Virus record (IMG/VR): IMGVR_UViG_3300027977_000020
DNA length: 64,000 nucleotides
Direction: 5' to 3' (one strand)
DNA from: an uncultured virus (IMG/VR IMGVR_UViG_3300027977_000020)
Lineage: Duplodnaviria; Heunggongvirae; Uroviricota; Caudoviricetes
The position numbers and the translations under genes were made by a program. A model generated the notes under the pieces. That model was not told the DNA's origin. It saw only the letters and a program-made list of their open reading frames with translations, and did no database searches. Shown here piece by piece: positions 28,311-38,163 of the stretch. Position 1 is the first letter of the stretch; each line of letters opens with the position of its first letter.

Positions 28311-28490
28311 ATGTTAAACCACCTCACACAAAATTGGACTGAAATCGTAGGCGTTGCTGCTGCCGTCCACGTGCTGGCTCTGGCTGTTGTTAACTTGACA
28401 CCTACACCAAAAGACGACGCAGTGTACGGTAAAGTTTACAGGGCTGTTGAACTTTTGGCTGGAATCTTCACAAAGTTGGTTAAGAAATAG
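28311..28490 (+). CDS. Small holin-like membrane protein (not in ORF track)
   Basis: 59 aa, MLNHLTQNWTEIVGVAAAVHVLALAVVNLTPTPKDD...; TATAAT at 28283 upstream. Confidence 0.65.
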   Translation: MLNHLTQNWTEIVGVAAAVHVLALAVVNLTPTPKDDAVYGKVYRAVELLAGIFTKLVKK

Positions 28491-28859
28491 TTAGGCAGCT
28501 TCAATTAAAATAGGAACAGTAGAAGCTAGTGTTAACTCACTAGAGTTGAATTCATCTTGGTGTAACCAGTGAAGAATTAAAGTTTCTTTTTCTTCCGTCC
28601 AAAAGGATTGAGATCTAAACCATATATACCAATTTTCAGAACCTTTAAGAATATTACAGTCGCCACAGGCGGCTATCAGGTTGTTTTTAGTGGTCGGTCC
28701 TCCTGCAGACCTTGGAATGACATGATCTAGAGTAGCTGGATTTAATTTGCCGCAATAGGCACAGCATCCCCATTCATCAAGTATTTGTTTTCTAAATGTT
28801 TTTCGCGCACATTTCTTTTGAAGACAGGATAGGTTGAAAATCAAATCCCGTTCGCTCAC
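28491..28859 (-). CDS. HNH endonuclease
   Basis: CAYCG, TLDHVIP..GG, NLIAAC..CN..K. Confidence 0.85.
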   Translation of the reverse strand: MSERDLIFNLSCLQKKCARKTFRKQILDEWGCCAYCGKLNPATLDHVIPRSAGGPTTKNNLIAACGDCNILKGSENWYIWFRSQSFWTEEKETLILHWLHQDEFNSSELTLASTVPILIEAA

Positions 28860-28991
28860 AAGTGTGAGTGCGGCTAAATATATTTTAGCAAGAAATGTAA
28901 CTCAAAATTATCTTACATTTCTGTAAAAAATTAGTGAATGTTCTTTAAAAGCGCAGTTAATTAATGCTTTAACTCTGCCTTAAAGTTAAAA

Positions 28992-31916
28992 TCAACGACC
29001 AAACAATAATTCAGACAAACCAAACTCGCCGCGGGGGGGGTTAAACCTCTCTCCAGCTAACTCTATGCGTCTTTGTAACTCATTACGGTTTTGTCTACGA
29101 TTCATCTCGGCTTTACCTTGAGCAGATAATGGTTTTATTTCAGCTGTTAAGGGTGCCGCAGCCATGCGTGGTTTACCTGCAACGTTAGTTCTGGGTGCTG
29201 TTCCAATAAACTGACGCACTTTAGGCACTATACCTTCGCCCGTTTCTTGACGAACAACTTCATTTGCAGCTCTGGCAGCAGCCGACCCAATAAATCCTAA
29301 GCCCACGCCGGGTGCCACTGGTGCTAATACAGGAGTGGATAGAGCCGCAGCAAACGCTGCTCCCGCAGGTAAACTTTCAATAAATTCACGACCCATCTGT
29401 CGACCCATCGCAGCAGGTCCCTGCTTATACCCTGTCTGAATTGCTTCTGGACTTGGAATTAGATCCGCAGCTCCTGGTAGTAGAGAGGCTGGTGTTTTTT
29501 TAAGGGCACGTCCAAGTTCAAGCGCTCCCGCAGCAGCTCCAGTTACTGGATCAACTGCATAATAAGTCTTGTTACTCGGTAAACTACTTTGGTTGACTTC
29601 TGCTTGACCCCCACTAAAGCTCAATTGTCCTCGAATTGGTGTCTCAGCAGATTTCAGCTGTAGTGGAATTACTTTTCCTTCTTTATTTATATATGCATAT
29701 TGGGCTTGCTCAATACCTTGCACTGGTCCAAAACCGCCACGCTGGTAAGCTACTCCTCTTTTATTTGCTGGTTCTCCAATAACTTCTTGTTGCTTACGAA
29801 ATGTCGAACTGGCGCGTCCTTTTCTTTCGGCAGCCTCCTCTAGATCAAACTCCCGTAATGGATTATTCACTACTAAAGTTCCGGGAGGCATTCCAGCCAA
29901 CGCATTTTTAGAAACAAATTCTGTGAATGCTTTAGAAACAGCTGGTGGTAAATCTTTGGCATCGTAAGTAAATCTATCTTCGTCAGGAGAAAGCGTTTTA
30001 AAACTTATTGAGGACGTCCCTAAAATAGGATTTTTTGCGAGAAACTTTAAAGCGTTTTCTGAAATATCGCCGCCGGATAACTTAGTAGAGTCAGCTATTG
30101 AAGGCAGCATAGGCGGAGAATTAGTCATACTTAGTCCATATATTTCACCAATATCATCTATTTTTGCTGGAGTGACTTCATCCGTATCTGGATTGTACCT
30201 CACATATAGTTCCGTAGGGTTATTTACACTTTGGGTATACTTATCGAAAAGCCTGGTCCTAGCTTGAGGCGATAAATCGTCAACGGCTTTTTTAAAAACG
30301 CGAGCGCGGTCGTCAATCCGACTCATTAATTCTCTTGCTTCTGGATCATCCCTCCCCACATATTTACCTCCTCCAATCAAAGGTCTGACAGTGGATGCAG
30401 CTTGTGATGAAACATCGCTTAATTTTTCAGCAGCTTCAGGATTTAACTGACCTAAGCGTTCAATAGCTCTTCGCTGACGCTCCGTATTTCCGCTGGTGTA
30501 GTCAAACTCTATTCCGGCTAGTTCATACTGAGGTATCCCACCTTCTTTCATCAAACTGTTATAAATAGCAGCGCGATCTTTTGGATCTGATATTTGTTGA
30601 ACTGAATCTATAAAATTTGAATATCTTAAAATTTCTTCTTTGCCTCCCACGGGGGCTTCTCCTTTAGGTGCTCTAGATAATAAAGGAATCATTTCAGGGT
30701 ATTGTTTTAGCACTCCTGCAAATCGATTGATTGCTTCTTCATCGAAGCTCCGCATCACATCTTCTCTTAACTCAGGTATAACCAACTGTCCTGTTCTGCG
30801 AGAACGTTCTTCTAAGGCGGCAAGTGTATTACGCATTTCTTGCGGAGAATACTCCAATGATCTTCGCATTCGTTCGGCATCATCAGGTGTTCTCCATTGC
30901 CGCAGAAAGTTTAACCTAGTAGGTCCTTCATTAAAGTTTGGTTGATCAACATCCGGCGGTGTGGTAATACCTGTACCAAAAAGTGTTGACCGTTGATTTT
31001 CTCCAACTGCACCACTCCTGATCGCATTAATAATCTCATCACCACGAGGGGATTCTCTAATTGCTGGAAGTACTTGATTGTATTGTTGCTCAAGGCGCTT
31101 AGAATTAGCGTTGCGTACTATTGCATTTAGGTCCCTAGCCAAAGTAACTAATCTATTATTATTCGCTACATAATCCTCAAACGAAGCTGGTGGGCGATTT
31201 ATTATTCCCGCTGCCTCTGCCACCAAGTTCTCTCGGGGGTCGATTTCATCAACAAAATTTAATCTTTGTTGTGTAATCCCCGGAGAAAAAGGTATATTTA
31301 AGGAAGCAGCCGAACTAGCTACATCACGACTCCTTCTTTGGAAGTCCCTTTGCTGCTGCTCAATGAAGTCGACTTCGTCTCTTAGCTCACGGCTTATTTG
31401 ATTTACAGGTTCATATAAATTTGCAATCGAAGGGGCACTAGGTTGCCCGCGCCCGCTTCGGTTTACCTCGTCAAGGATTTGTCCTCTTTCCCCTTCTTCA
31501 AAATCCTCGTAAATATCTGAAATAGCGGCACCTCTTTCAAGAGCCGTTCTAATCGCATTGCGTTCATCGGCAGAAGCACGGGAAAACCCTTCATATATAC
31601 TTTGAGTAGTTTCAGGTGATACTATGCGGCTATTTAAAAAATCAAGAGCTTGCTGCTGTTGTGCTGCGGCAATGTTTGCGAGCTCAAATTCATTAAAATC
31701 TGGATCTATATCTTGACCTCGAAACGGAATACGGTCACGAAAATCCTCTATGTCAGCATCTTGATCTAAATCGCCTGCATTAAGCGCTTCATTAAAAATA
31801 TATCTTCTTGCTCTAGTCTGATCATATCTGTTTGAACTTTGCCTTTCCTCTTCAACTTTACCTTGAACCCTTTGCAAATCCTCAAAAGTTACAGGTCTTA
31901 TAGGTAGGGGAGACAC
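28992..31916 (-). CDS. Large hypothetical protein, possible internal virion protein
   Basis: 974-aa helical ORF with no recognisable catalytic motif; function inferred. Confidence 0.7.
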   Translation of the reverse strand: MSPLPIRPVTFEDLQRVQGKVEEERQSSNRYDQTRARRYIFNEALNAGDLDQDADIEDFRDRIPFRGQDIDPDFNEFELANIAAAQQQQALDFLNSRIVSPETTQSIYEGFSRASADERNAIRTALERGAAISDIYEDFEEGERGQILDEVNRSGRGQPSAPSIANLYEPVNQISRELRDEVDFIEQQQRDFQRRSRDVASSAASLNIPFSPGITQQRLNFVDEIDPRENLVAEAAGIINRPPASFEDYVANNNRLVTLARDLNAIVRNANSKRLEQQYNQVLPAIRESPRGDEIINAIRSGAVGENQRSTLFGTGITTPPDVDQPNFNEGPTRLNFLRQWRTPDDAERMRRSLEYSPQEMRNTLAALEERSRRTGQLVIPELREDVMRSFDEEAINRFAGVLKQYPEMIPLLSRAPKGEAPVGGKEEILRYSNFIDSVQQISDPKDRAAIYNSLMKEGGIPQYELAGIEFDYTSGNTERQRRAIERLGQLNPEAAEKLSDVSSQAASTVRPLIGGGKYVGRDDPEARELMSRIDDRARVFKKAVDDLSPQARTRLFDKYTQSVNNPTELYVRYNPDTDEVTPAKIDDIGEIYGLSMTNSPPMLPSIADSTKLSGGDISENALKFLAKNPILGTSSISFKTLSPDEDRFTYDAKDLPPAVSKAFTEFVSKNALAGMPPGTLVVNNPLREFDLEEAAERKGRASSTFRKQQEVIGEPANKRGVAYQRGGFGPVQGIEQAQYAYINKEGKVIPLQLKSAETPIRGQLSFSGGQAEVNQSSLPSNKTYYAVDPVTGAAAGALELGRALKKTPASLLPGAADLIPSPEAIQTGYKQGPAAMGRQMGREFIESLPAGAAFAAALSTPVLAPVAPGVGLGFIGSAAARAANEVVRQETGEGIVPKVRQFIGTAPRTNVAGKPRMAAAPLTAEIKPLSAQGKAEMNRRQNRNELQRRIELAGERFNPPRGEFGLSELLFGR

Positions 31917-32025
31917 GAATATCGTTACGCTAACTAAATAATAGCAGTAATTGCCGGTCGGTTAACCGCACTTGCTTTTTTGACCCTGTTAGCTCTACTG
32001 TGCTTCTGCATTACTTTTTAATCAC

Positions 32026-32397
32026 ATGAACAACTCCATGCTCACCATTCAACTTTATAGATTTGCAGGAACCTGGGCTTTTACAGACGAAGCTCGTAAA
32101 CTGACACACGAACCTTTTGTATTAGGCATCCCTGAAATTATTGACAAAGTTTTAAAAGATAATGATATTGTCTCAGATCAACCTAAAATTTTATTTTCAG
32201 CTAAACCCTTTCCTAAACATCAAGGCTATCTTCATTATAAAAAATTTGAAGATGGCGGGGTTTGGTATACCTTATTTTCCACGACTAACAAAGAAGAAAA
32301 GTATGTAAACGAAAATTTGACTGGTTGGCTTTGTCCTGCAACTTTAAAATACTTTCCAGTACATCCCGAGTATATCTATTTTAAACTTGATAAATAG
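32026..32397 (+). CDS. Conserved hypothetical protein (DUF6717-like)
   Basis: WAFTD...L..EPFV.G..EIID and GWLCPA...YF...PE.IY. Confidence 0.65.
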   Translation: MNNSMLTIQLYRFAGTWAFTDEARKLTHEPFVLGIPEIIDKVLKDNDIVSDQPKILFSAKPFPKHQGYLHYKKFEDGGVWYTLFSTTNKEEKYVNENLTGWLCPATLKYFPVHPEYIYFKLDK

Positions 32398-32417
32398 CCC
32401 GTAGTGGTTTTAACTAC

Positions 32418-32639
32418 TTAGTGTTCTTGGTTACTGGGTTCTTCTTTAAAATCCATGAGGTTTTTACCTGCAAGGTAACTATGAAGACGCTCAGCAAAAA
32501 GTGCATACGGAGCTTCCCCTGTTTCTAGTGCGGACGTAACAGCAACGCGCCACATTATTTCTTGCCTTTCAAGATCAGGTAACGGTTTTAATAGATTGTC
32601 CTTGTTCTCTACAGAATCAGGTGGAATTAATGGCGTCAT
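32418..32639 (-). CDS. Hypothetical protein
   Basis: 73-aa ORF. Confidence 0.55.
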   Translation of the reverse strand: MTPLIPPDSVENKDNLLKPLPDLERQEIMWRVAVTSALETGEAPYALFAERLHSYLAGKNLMDFKEEPSNQEH

Positions 32640-32643
32640 GTTA

Positions 32644-32901
32644 CTAAATCAAATCCTTACAAGGAAGCAGTGTTTTCTGAGCGAGAAGCTTTTTAGCTTC
32701 GTGAAAAACCAAATCTAGTTCATCAGCGTCTATGCATACGTAATGATCTAGATCATCGCCTAATTCACAAATCTTTACAAAACCTCCTGCACCATCGTCG
32801 TCAATAGAAATTTGTAAAACCCCACGGCCATGAACAGGGTTCGTATCTGTTCGATGAATAGAAACTGTGAGAATAGTTGCTACTGGAGTAGGGTCAGTCA
32901 T
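32644..32901 (-). CDS. Hypothetical protein
   Basis: NPVHG...ISIDDDGAGGF pattern. Confidence 0.6.
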   Translation of the reverse strand: MTDPTPVATILTVSIHRTDTNPVHGRGVLQISIDDDGAGGFVKICELGDDLDHYVCIDADELDLVFHEAKKLLAQKTLLPCKDLI

Positions 32902-33109
32902 GGTTTGGGGTAAGGAGCCTTATCTTACCGCACCCCCTAAAATTTGAAACGAACTAGAAGTTGACCGGACTAGGGGTGTTGACTAATGATTTTTGTGGAT
33001 CACGGATTAACACCTAGCAAGTTTGTGGATCACAAAGCACCAATCCGTTAACACAAAATATAAACGTGTTAGTAAAATCACAAAATCTTAACTTGTAGTG
33101 TGACTGAAA

Positions 33110-33325
33110 CTACTGCTGAGCTTCAAGTTCATCAGCAATAGCAAGGAGTTGGGACCGATGATCATTCCCTACAAACTCGCAACACGATCGGGCGTAGAGA
33201 GCATCCTCCGCTACCACGTGATCGGCAGCAGCACGAAGGGCAGCGGCAAGCTTAACTTCTGCACATATTGGCGCCCCACAAAAAGCATCCCAAACTAATT
33301 GCGCGGCAGGGGAAAGGTCAGTCAT
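33110..33325 (-). CDS. Small phage cassette protein
   Basis: MTDLSPAAQ.V.DA...AAALRAAAD...LLAIADELE; GC-richer than flanks. Confidence 0.7.
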   Translation of the reverse strand: MTDLSPAAQLVWDAFCGAPICAEVKLAAALRAAADHVVAEDALYARSCCEFVGNDHRSQLLAIADELEAQQ

Positions 33326-33653
33326 TGGGCAATGCCTCCAGTGCGCGGCGGATGGTGTTCAAGTCAGTGATGTCGAGCGTTACTTGCCCGGCAGGTGTGG
33401 GCAACACTTTCAGCGCCTTTAGCGCCTGCTCTTTTAATGTTGGAGGTTCTGGTCGGCGGGCTGTGCGGAGAGGATGGTTTGACCGTGTGTAATTGTAATT
33501 GAGCTCCAACCACTCACAACACGCCTCCAGCTCCTGATCGGCACCCCACTGGGTAGCAAAAATAAGCACATCTTCCTCCGAACGTGAAGCAAGCAGGTCT
33601 CTCCACATAGACACTAGCTCAGTAGGTGGCGTGATTGGGTGTTGGTTAATCAT
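33318..33653 (-). CDS. Small phage cassette protein
   Basis: QHPITPP.EL...WGADQELEAC...LR.ARRP.PP.LKEQAL. Confidence 0.7.
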   Translation of the reverse strand: MINQHPITPPTELVSMWRDLLASRSEEDVLIFATQWGADQELEACCEWLELNYNYTRSNHPLRTARRPEPPTLKEQALKALKVLPTPAGQVTLDITDLNTIRRALEALPND

Positions 33654-34039
33654 GTGATTAGTGTGCGGGACTAAGAAGCTTCAGCAGCATAGATCATCCA
33701 GGAAGGGCGACAACGCTGTGATCTTAAAGCTTTTTCACGATGTTGCAAATTTGTGAATCCATGAAAAAGTACCTGACTGTTCGCTATTTGCGAATAGCAA
33801 ACCCGTCGATTTCCACGGGGTTAGAAGTGGGGCGTTCTCAAACTTTCGGGCGAGAAACGTTTAATGCAGTTAACCTAGCTGCACCCCAGCATCGTATCCG
33901 TGTTCTCTACCAGGGCGAGTTAACTAAGAAAGCCACCCAGTACAGACGTACTTAGTGGTTTTAGTTGGGGTTCCTTGATGCACATAAGGCCATGTAGAGG
34001 AAAAAACAAAAAGCATTAATGTATAGTTTTAAAAACAAT

Positions 34040-34558
34040 TTAAGTAGCAGCTATATAATAAAATAATTTTGTAACACCGAGACAAACTGACTGTTCAGTT
34101 GTTCCGCTGACTAGTACATTACTAATACCAGTTCCAAATCCACTGGCTATGGTGCTTATAGTAGTGGTTGTTACCCCAAGAGCCCCAGTAAATTCAAAAT
34201 CGTTATTAGTAGTTACAAAATTGTCTAAATGAGTATGAGAAGCCATACTAGCAAACTGGAATGTGCCTGATTTACTAAATATAGGTAAAGCACCTGAAGG
34301 TGAAAGTCTAGTAAAAAAACCAGGATCATACGAAATATTATTTGCGGGAAATCCTCTCACACATAAATTATTCATATTTATTAAATTAAAAGTTCCGCTA
34401 GCACTTCCATAAGTTTCTTGAGGAAAAAATTGTGACAACCCTGGATAAGACGTTCTCAAATAACTAGCTCCGTTTAAATATAACCAAGTAACATTAAAAT
34501 CATCTGTAAAAGAAGATCCTTTATAAAAACTTAATGTTTTTACGGTTCCGATAGACAT
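34040..34558 (-). CDS. Tail-fibre protein with collar-like domain
   Basis: IGTV...WLYLNGA...RTSYPGL and SHTH metal-binding motif. Confidence 0.7.
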   Translation of the reverse strand: MSIGTVKTLSFYKGSSFTDDFNVTWLYLNGASYLRTSYPGLSQFFPQETYGSASGTFNLINMNNLCVRGFPANNISYDPGFFTRLSPSGALPIFSKSGTFQFASMASHTHLDNFVTTNNDFEFTGALGVTTTTISTIASGFGTGISNVLVSGTTEQSVCLGVTKLFYYIAAT

Positions 34559-35655
34559 TAGTTAGCTCCACTAGCAACTATATAATACATCATATTTATG
34601 TTATTAGGTCTTGTTTCAAAACTTCCAATACTTGACGTAGAAGAAGATACATTTCGCGGGGAATTTAGTGGACTTCTAGGCGAAGAAACTTCAAAAAATT
34701 CAGTGGTAGAGGCAGTTAATACAGCATTACTTACCGTATGTACATGTTCGGCTAAAGAATCACTAATAAAACCCGAGGAACCTACATTGTTACCTGATAT
34801 AGTTATATAGTTAGAAGCTGATGAACCGCGTAGAAAGAGTCCAGCAAAGTCAGGTAGATTAAAAGTTGTAGTTCCGTTACCCGACCCATACGTAGTTCCA
34901 ATTCGATTAAATAAAATAGAATATGTATTTCTACTAACTGCTTGACCGCTGGGTACTAAATAAGTTTCTGGTACATAACTGTTATTTGTCGAATAGTCTA
35001 AGCCAGGAAGTCCGTTCAATACAATTGTACCAACAGGCGTTGTCTCTATATTTTTTATTACAACACAATATATAATTTGTTGGTGTTTACCTTCATTTAT
35101 TTTTTTACCACTAGAATTACTATTACTTTTAGTAGCGCGTACTACATACTGTGCTATACCATTGCCATTACTTCCGTCAGTAGTAAATGCAGAAACAGCA
35201 CCCGAAGCGGTTTGCACAGTATGAGTATGACTTGGAATAACACCGGAGGCTTGAAATCCTTGAGGAAATGCAGGTGTACTAGTTGCTGTTTGCCCAGCTA
35301 AATAACTAAAATTAGGAGGTATATCAATTACTTTAAACGTAGTTGAACCATCTCCTGAACCAAAAATTCCAGAAACTGCACTAAATAAACCGGAAGCTGT
35401 AGTACGATTAAGAAGACCCCCAGAAGCAATAACTAAAGTTCCTGCACTAGCTTGATTTACTGCACCAACCACACCAGTTGCGGCCACCATTATTATTTCA
35501 CCTGGAATACATCCTGTTTTTAGTCGAGCGTCTACCTTAGGCCATTGATTAAGCAGATTTAAAGAGTATATCTCAGTTGGACTTACAAACACTCCGTTTG
35601 CATTAAAAAAAGTTGGTTCACTATAGGGTCCAGTATAGCCTGCAGGTTTTTTCAT
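34558..35655 (-). CDS. Tail-fibre protein with two collar domains
   Basis: GSGDGSTTF, PSHTH, GQAVSRNTYS.LF..IGTTYGSGNGTTTFNLPD and ETRPNNI. Confidence 0.85.
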   Translation of the reverse strand: MKKPAGYTGPYSEPTFFNANGVFVSPTEIYSLNLLNQWPKVDARLKTGCIPGEIIMVAATGVVGAVNQASAGTLVIASGGLLNRTTASGLFSAVSGIFGSGDGSTTFKVIDIPPNFSYLAGQTATSTPAFPQGFQASGVIPSHTHTVQTASGAVSAFTTDGSNGNGIAQYVVRATKSNSNSSGKKINEGKHQQIIYCVVIKNIETTPVGTIVLNGLPGLDYSTNNSYVPETYLVPSGQAVSRNTYSILFNRIGTTYGSGNGTTTFNLPDFAGLFLRGSSASNYITISGNNVGSSGFISDSLAEHVHTVSNAVLTASTTEFFEVSSPRSPLNSPRNVSSSTSSIGSFETRPNNINMMYYIVASGAN

Positions 35656-36272
35656 AATGCTTTTTTTTCTATCCCTATGATAACAGATTCATAGATACTT
35701 TCAGGAAGAGTTTCTTTACTTGGAATCCAATCTGGATAGAGTTCATGTTTTTTTATATACTTTGCTATAGTTCTTTCTTCTCTTAGTTTTTTCTGTTCTT
35801 CATACTCTTTTTTAACTCCGCCATAAATTATAGGAATCGAAGGAATATCTTGACATGTTATAGAGTCAAGCTCACGTTTGCAAATCAAATCTAACAATTT
35901 ACCTTTATAAATACTATATTCGTTTATGTACTCATCAGTCATGTGTAAAAGTAACGTATCTGTTGTTTTAACCTCTAAAATACGATCACTTAAAATATCT
36001 CTAGCTTTTTTATTTTCTTTTGGGCATACTTTTTTATTTAAACATACACCAGATACGACAATGTAACAACAACCACACGAATCCCACTCTAAGTGTTCAT
36101 TATCCGCGTGTTCAGGTAACTCAATAGGTCCTATGTAACCTAAAGTATTTAATTCTTCTAGAGTAACGTCATAAGAATAACGTGTTAAATTATTACAAAG
36201 CCGAAAACGAGTTGGTAATAAAGTTGGTTCTTGGCTTTCGATAGAAAATAACTTAGTTGAAAAATCCGGCAT
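35652..36272 (-). CDS. Putative tail-fibre assembly protein
   Basis: P..LP.RFRL...TR....EEL..LGY.GP; adjacent to fibre genes. Confidence 0.55.
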   Translation of the reverse strand: MPDFSTKLFSIESQEPTLLPTRFRLCNNLTRYSYDVTLEELNTLGYIGPIELPEHADNEHLEWDSCGCCYIVVSGVCLNKKVCPKENKKARDILSDRILEVKTTDTLLLHMTDEYINEYSIYKGKLLDLICKRELDSITCQDIPSIPIIYGGVKKEYEEQKKLREERTIAKYIKKHELYPDWIPSKETLPESIYESVIIGIEKKAL

Positions 36273-36273
36273 A

Positions 36274-36591
36274 TTAAACCTCCACTAAACTTATAGTAGC
36301 ATCAAGGAAACCGCTACTGCTACTTGTTAATCTGATGTTTTTACCGCTTGGTAAAATATATTTATTTGATAAAATCTCAACGTTAGTGTCTGCAGGCACT
36401 GGAATAGTAAACGCTAGATAACTTTCTAGAGACGCACCAGTATTTTGAGAAACAGTTATGTCAGAAGATGAAGTTCCGTTAGTATTTGCAATCAAGATAC
36501 TTAAAATAATCGTCGAATCTGACGATGAAGTGTATGCAACAGTTTCAACGTTGCTAATAGCCTTAAGTTTAGTATTTTTAAAAGTAGCCAT
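36274..36591 (-). CDS. Small beta-sandwich fibre adaptor-like protein
   Basis: MATFKN...YT....IILSILIAN...K.IL.SG..I...S.VEV; follows a fibre gene ending GLIFALS. Confidence 0.7.
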   Translation of the reverse strand: MATFKNTKLKAISNVETVAYTSSSDSTIILSILIANTNGTSSSDITVSQNTGASLESYLAFTIPVPADTNVEILSNKYILPSGKNIRLTSSSSGFLDATISLVEV

Positions 36592-36647
36592 AGAGAACTA
36601 AACTACAGGAAGTAACTAAATTATAGCCTATAACTGCTTGTAAAAAA

Positions 36648-38162
36648 CTAACTTAAAGCAAATATCAACCCAACTAAAGACTCAGCGTTAACAGGCAGGT
36701 TATTTCCAATAACTTCTAGAGCCGCATTACCAGAAGCCAGAGCTTTAACACTGTCAGCTAAAGCACTATTGCCCGAAACAACAGCATACAAACCAGACGA
36801 AATAGAATTATTAGAAACTTGTTGGTTAGTAACGGCTGTCGAAACTGCAGCGTTACCAGAAGCCAAAGCTACAGCTGAAGCCGAAATAGAGGCCACGCCA
36901 GAGCTAAAAGCAGTAGAAGCTAAAGTTAAACTGGCGTTTCCAGAAGCTTGAGCCGTAGCTGTCAAGACTAAGGCCGCATTACCAGAAGATAAAGTTGTTA
37001 AAGCTGTGGCAATAGCAGCGTTTCCAGACGCCACGGCGGTAGGCGCGTTAGCTAAGGCCGCATTACCAGAGGCTTGAGCAAGAGCAGAAGGTGCAAAAGC
37101 AGCTTGTCCAGAAGCAATTGCTCGAGTAGCTATAGGTAAAGCAGCACTACCAGACGCAATGGCTGGAATACTGTTCTCAACCGCATCATCACTAATAAGA
37201 AAAGTAAATAAATTAGTTGTAAGCGAGTCACTAACGTCATCTAGAGCATTAATAGAATTTATTATTGCGGCGTTACCCGAAGCTAAAGCCTGAGTAGTTA
37301 GTACTCCGGCAGCAACACCGGAGGCCAAAGCTGTTGTGGACTCGATAACCGCAGCATTACCCGAAGCAAAAGCTAAATTTGCATCAGCTAAGGCAGCATT
37401 ACCAGAAGCTAAAGATAAAGCAGAAGATAAAATAGCAGCACTACCGGAAGCTATACCAAAAACACTAACTTGATCCGCCTCAAATCCAGAAGCAACAGCA
37501 GTATCGGAAACAAGTACAGCTTGAGTTCCAGATAAAACTGTTGAGTTAAAGTTAAATAAAGCTGCATTACCGGAACTTAAGGCAGAACCTGCAATAAAAG
37601 CAGCAGAAGCGCCGGAAGCAAATGCTTGAGTAGAAGCAGTTGTACTAGCTAGCCCAGATGCAAGAGCCTCAGAACTATTAATTAAAGCTAAATTACCTGA
37701 CAACAACGCTGAAACAGAGACACCTAAAGCTGCGTTAGACGCCGAAACAGCAGATAAACCTGAACTAATTGCGTTATTTGAAGCAACTAACGCATTATTC
37801 GCAACTACAGAAGCAGCGTTACCCGACAAAGTTGCCGTAATTGCACCAGATAAAGCAACAATTCCAGACGCCAGAGCAACGGCAGCAAAAGAACTAGCTG
37901 CCACGCCGGAATTTAACGCCGTTGTAGAAAGTGTTAAATCAACACCGTCCGCGCCTAATTTGCCTTCATTTGTTATTAATAAACCGCTGGAGTTTGCTAA
38001 AGAGGCTGTAAAAACTCTAGCTGTGTTGCTCACACCTAAAGGTAGTACAACACCGCCTAAACCACTACCTGCTACTAAGTCACCTAAAGCTGAAATTTGA
38101 TCGGTACTGTCAATTTCAGAAATCAGACCATCAGAATATATAAGGGGGCGAAAAGTTGCCAT
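36648..38162 (-). CDS. Fibre-like protein with 14-aa ASG repeats (504 aa)
   Basis: About 26 Ser-Gly anchors spaced at multiples of 7 aa; C-terminus GLIFALS. Confidence 0.8.
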   Translation of the reverse strand: MATFRPLIYSDGLISEIDSTDQISALGDLVAGSGLGGVVLPLGVSNTARVFTASLANSSGLLITNEGKLGADGVDLTLSTTALNSGVAASSFAAVALASGIVALSGAITATLSGNAASVVANNALVASNNAISSGLSAVSASNAALGVSVSALLSGNLALINSSEALASGLASTTASTQAFASGASAAFIAGSALSSGNAALFNFNSTVLSGTQAVLVSDTAVASGFEADQVSVFGIASGSAAILSSALSLASGNAALADANLAFASGNAAVIESTTALASGVAAGVLTTQALASGNAAIINSINALDDVSDSLTTNLFTFLISDDAVENSIPAIASGSAALPIATRAIASGQAAFAPSALAQASGNAALANAPTAVASGNAAIATALTTLSSGNAALVLTATAQASGNASLTLASTAFSSGVASISASAVALASGNAAVSTAVTNQQVSNNSISSGLYAVVSGNSALADSVKALASGNAALEVIGNNLPVNAESLVGLIFALS

Positions 38163-38163
38163 A

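Noticed and set aside
32990..33035. TGTGGATCA twice as DnaA boxes
   Set aside because: One mismatch each, only two copies, no other origin features
33740..33955. 71-aa plus-strand ORF
   Set aside because: No motif or context support; could be non-coding
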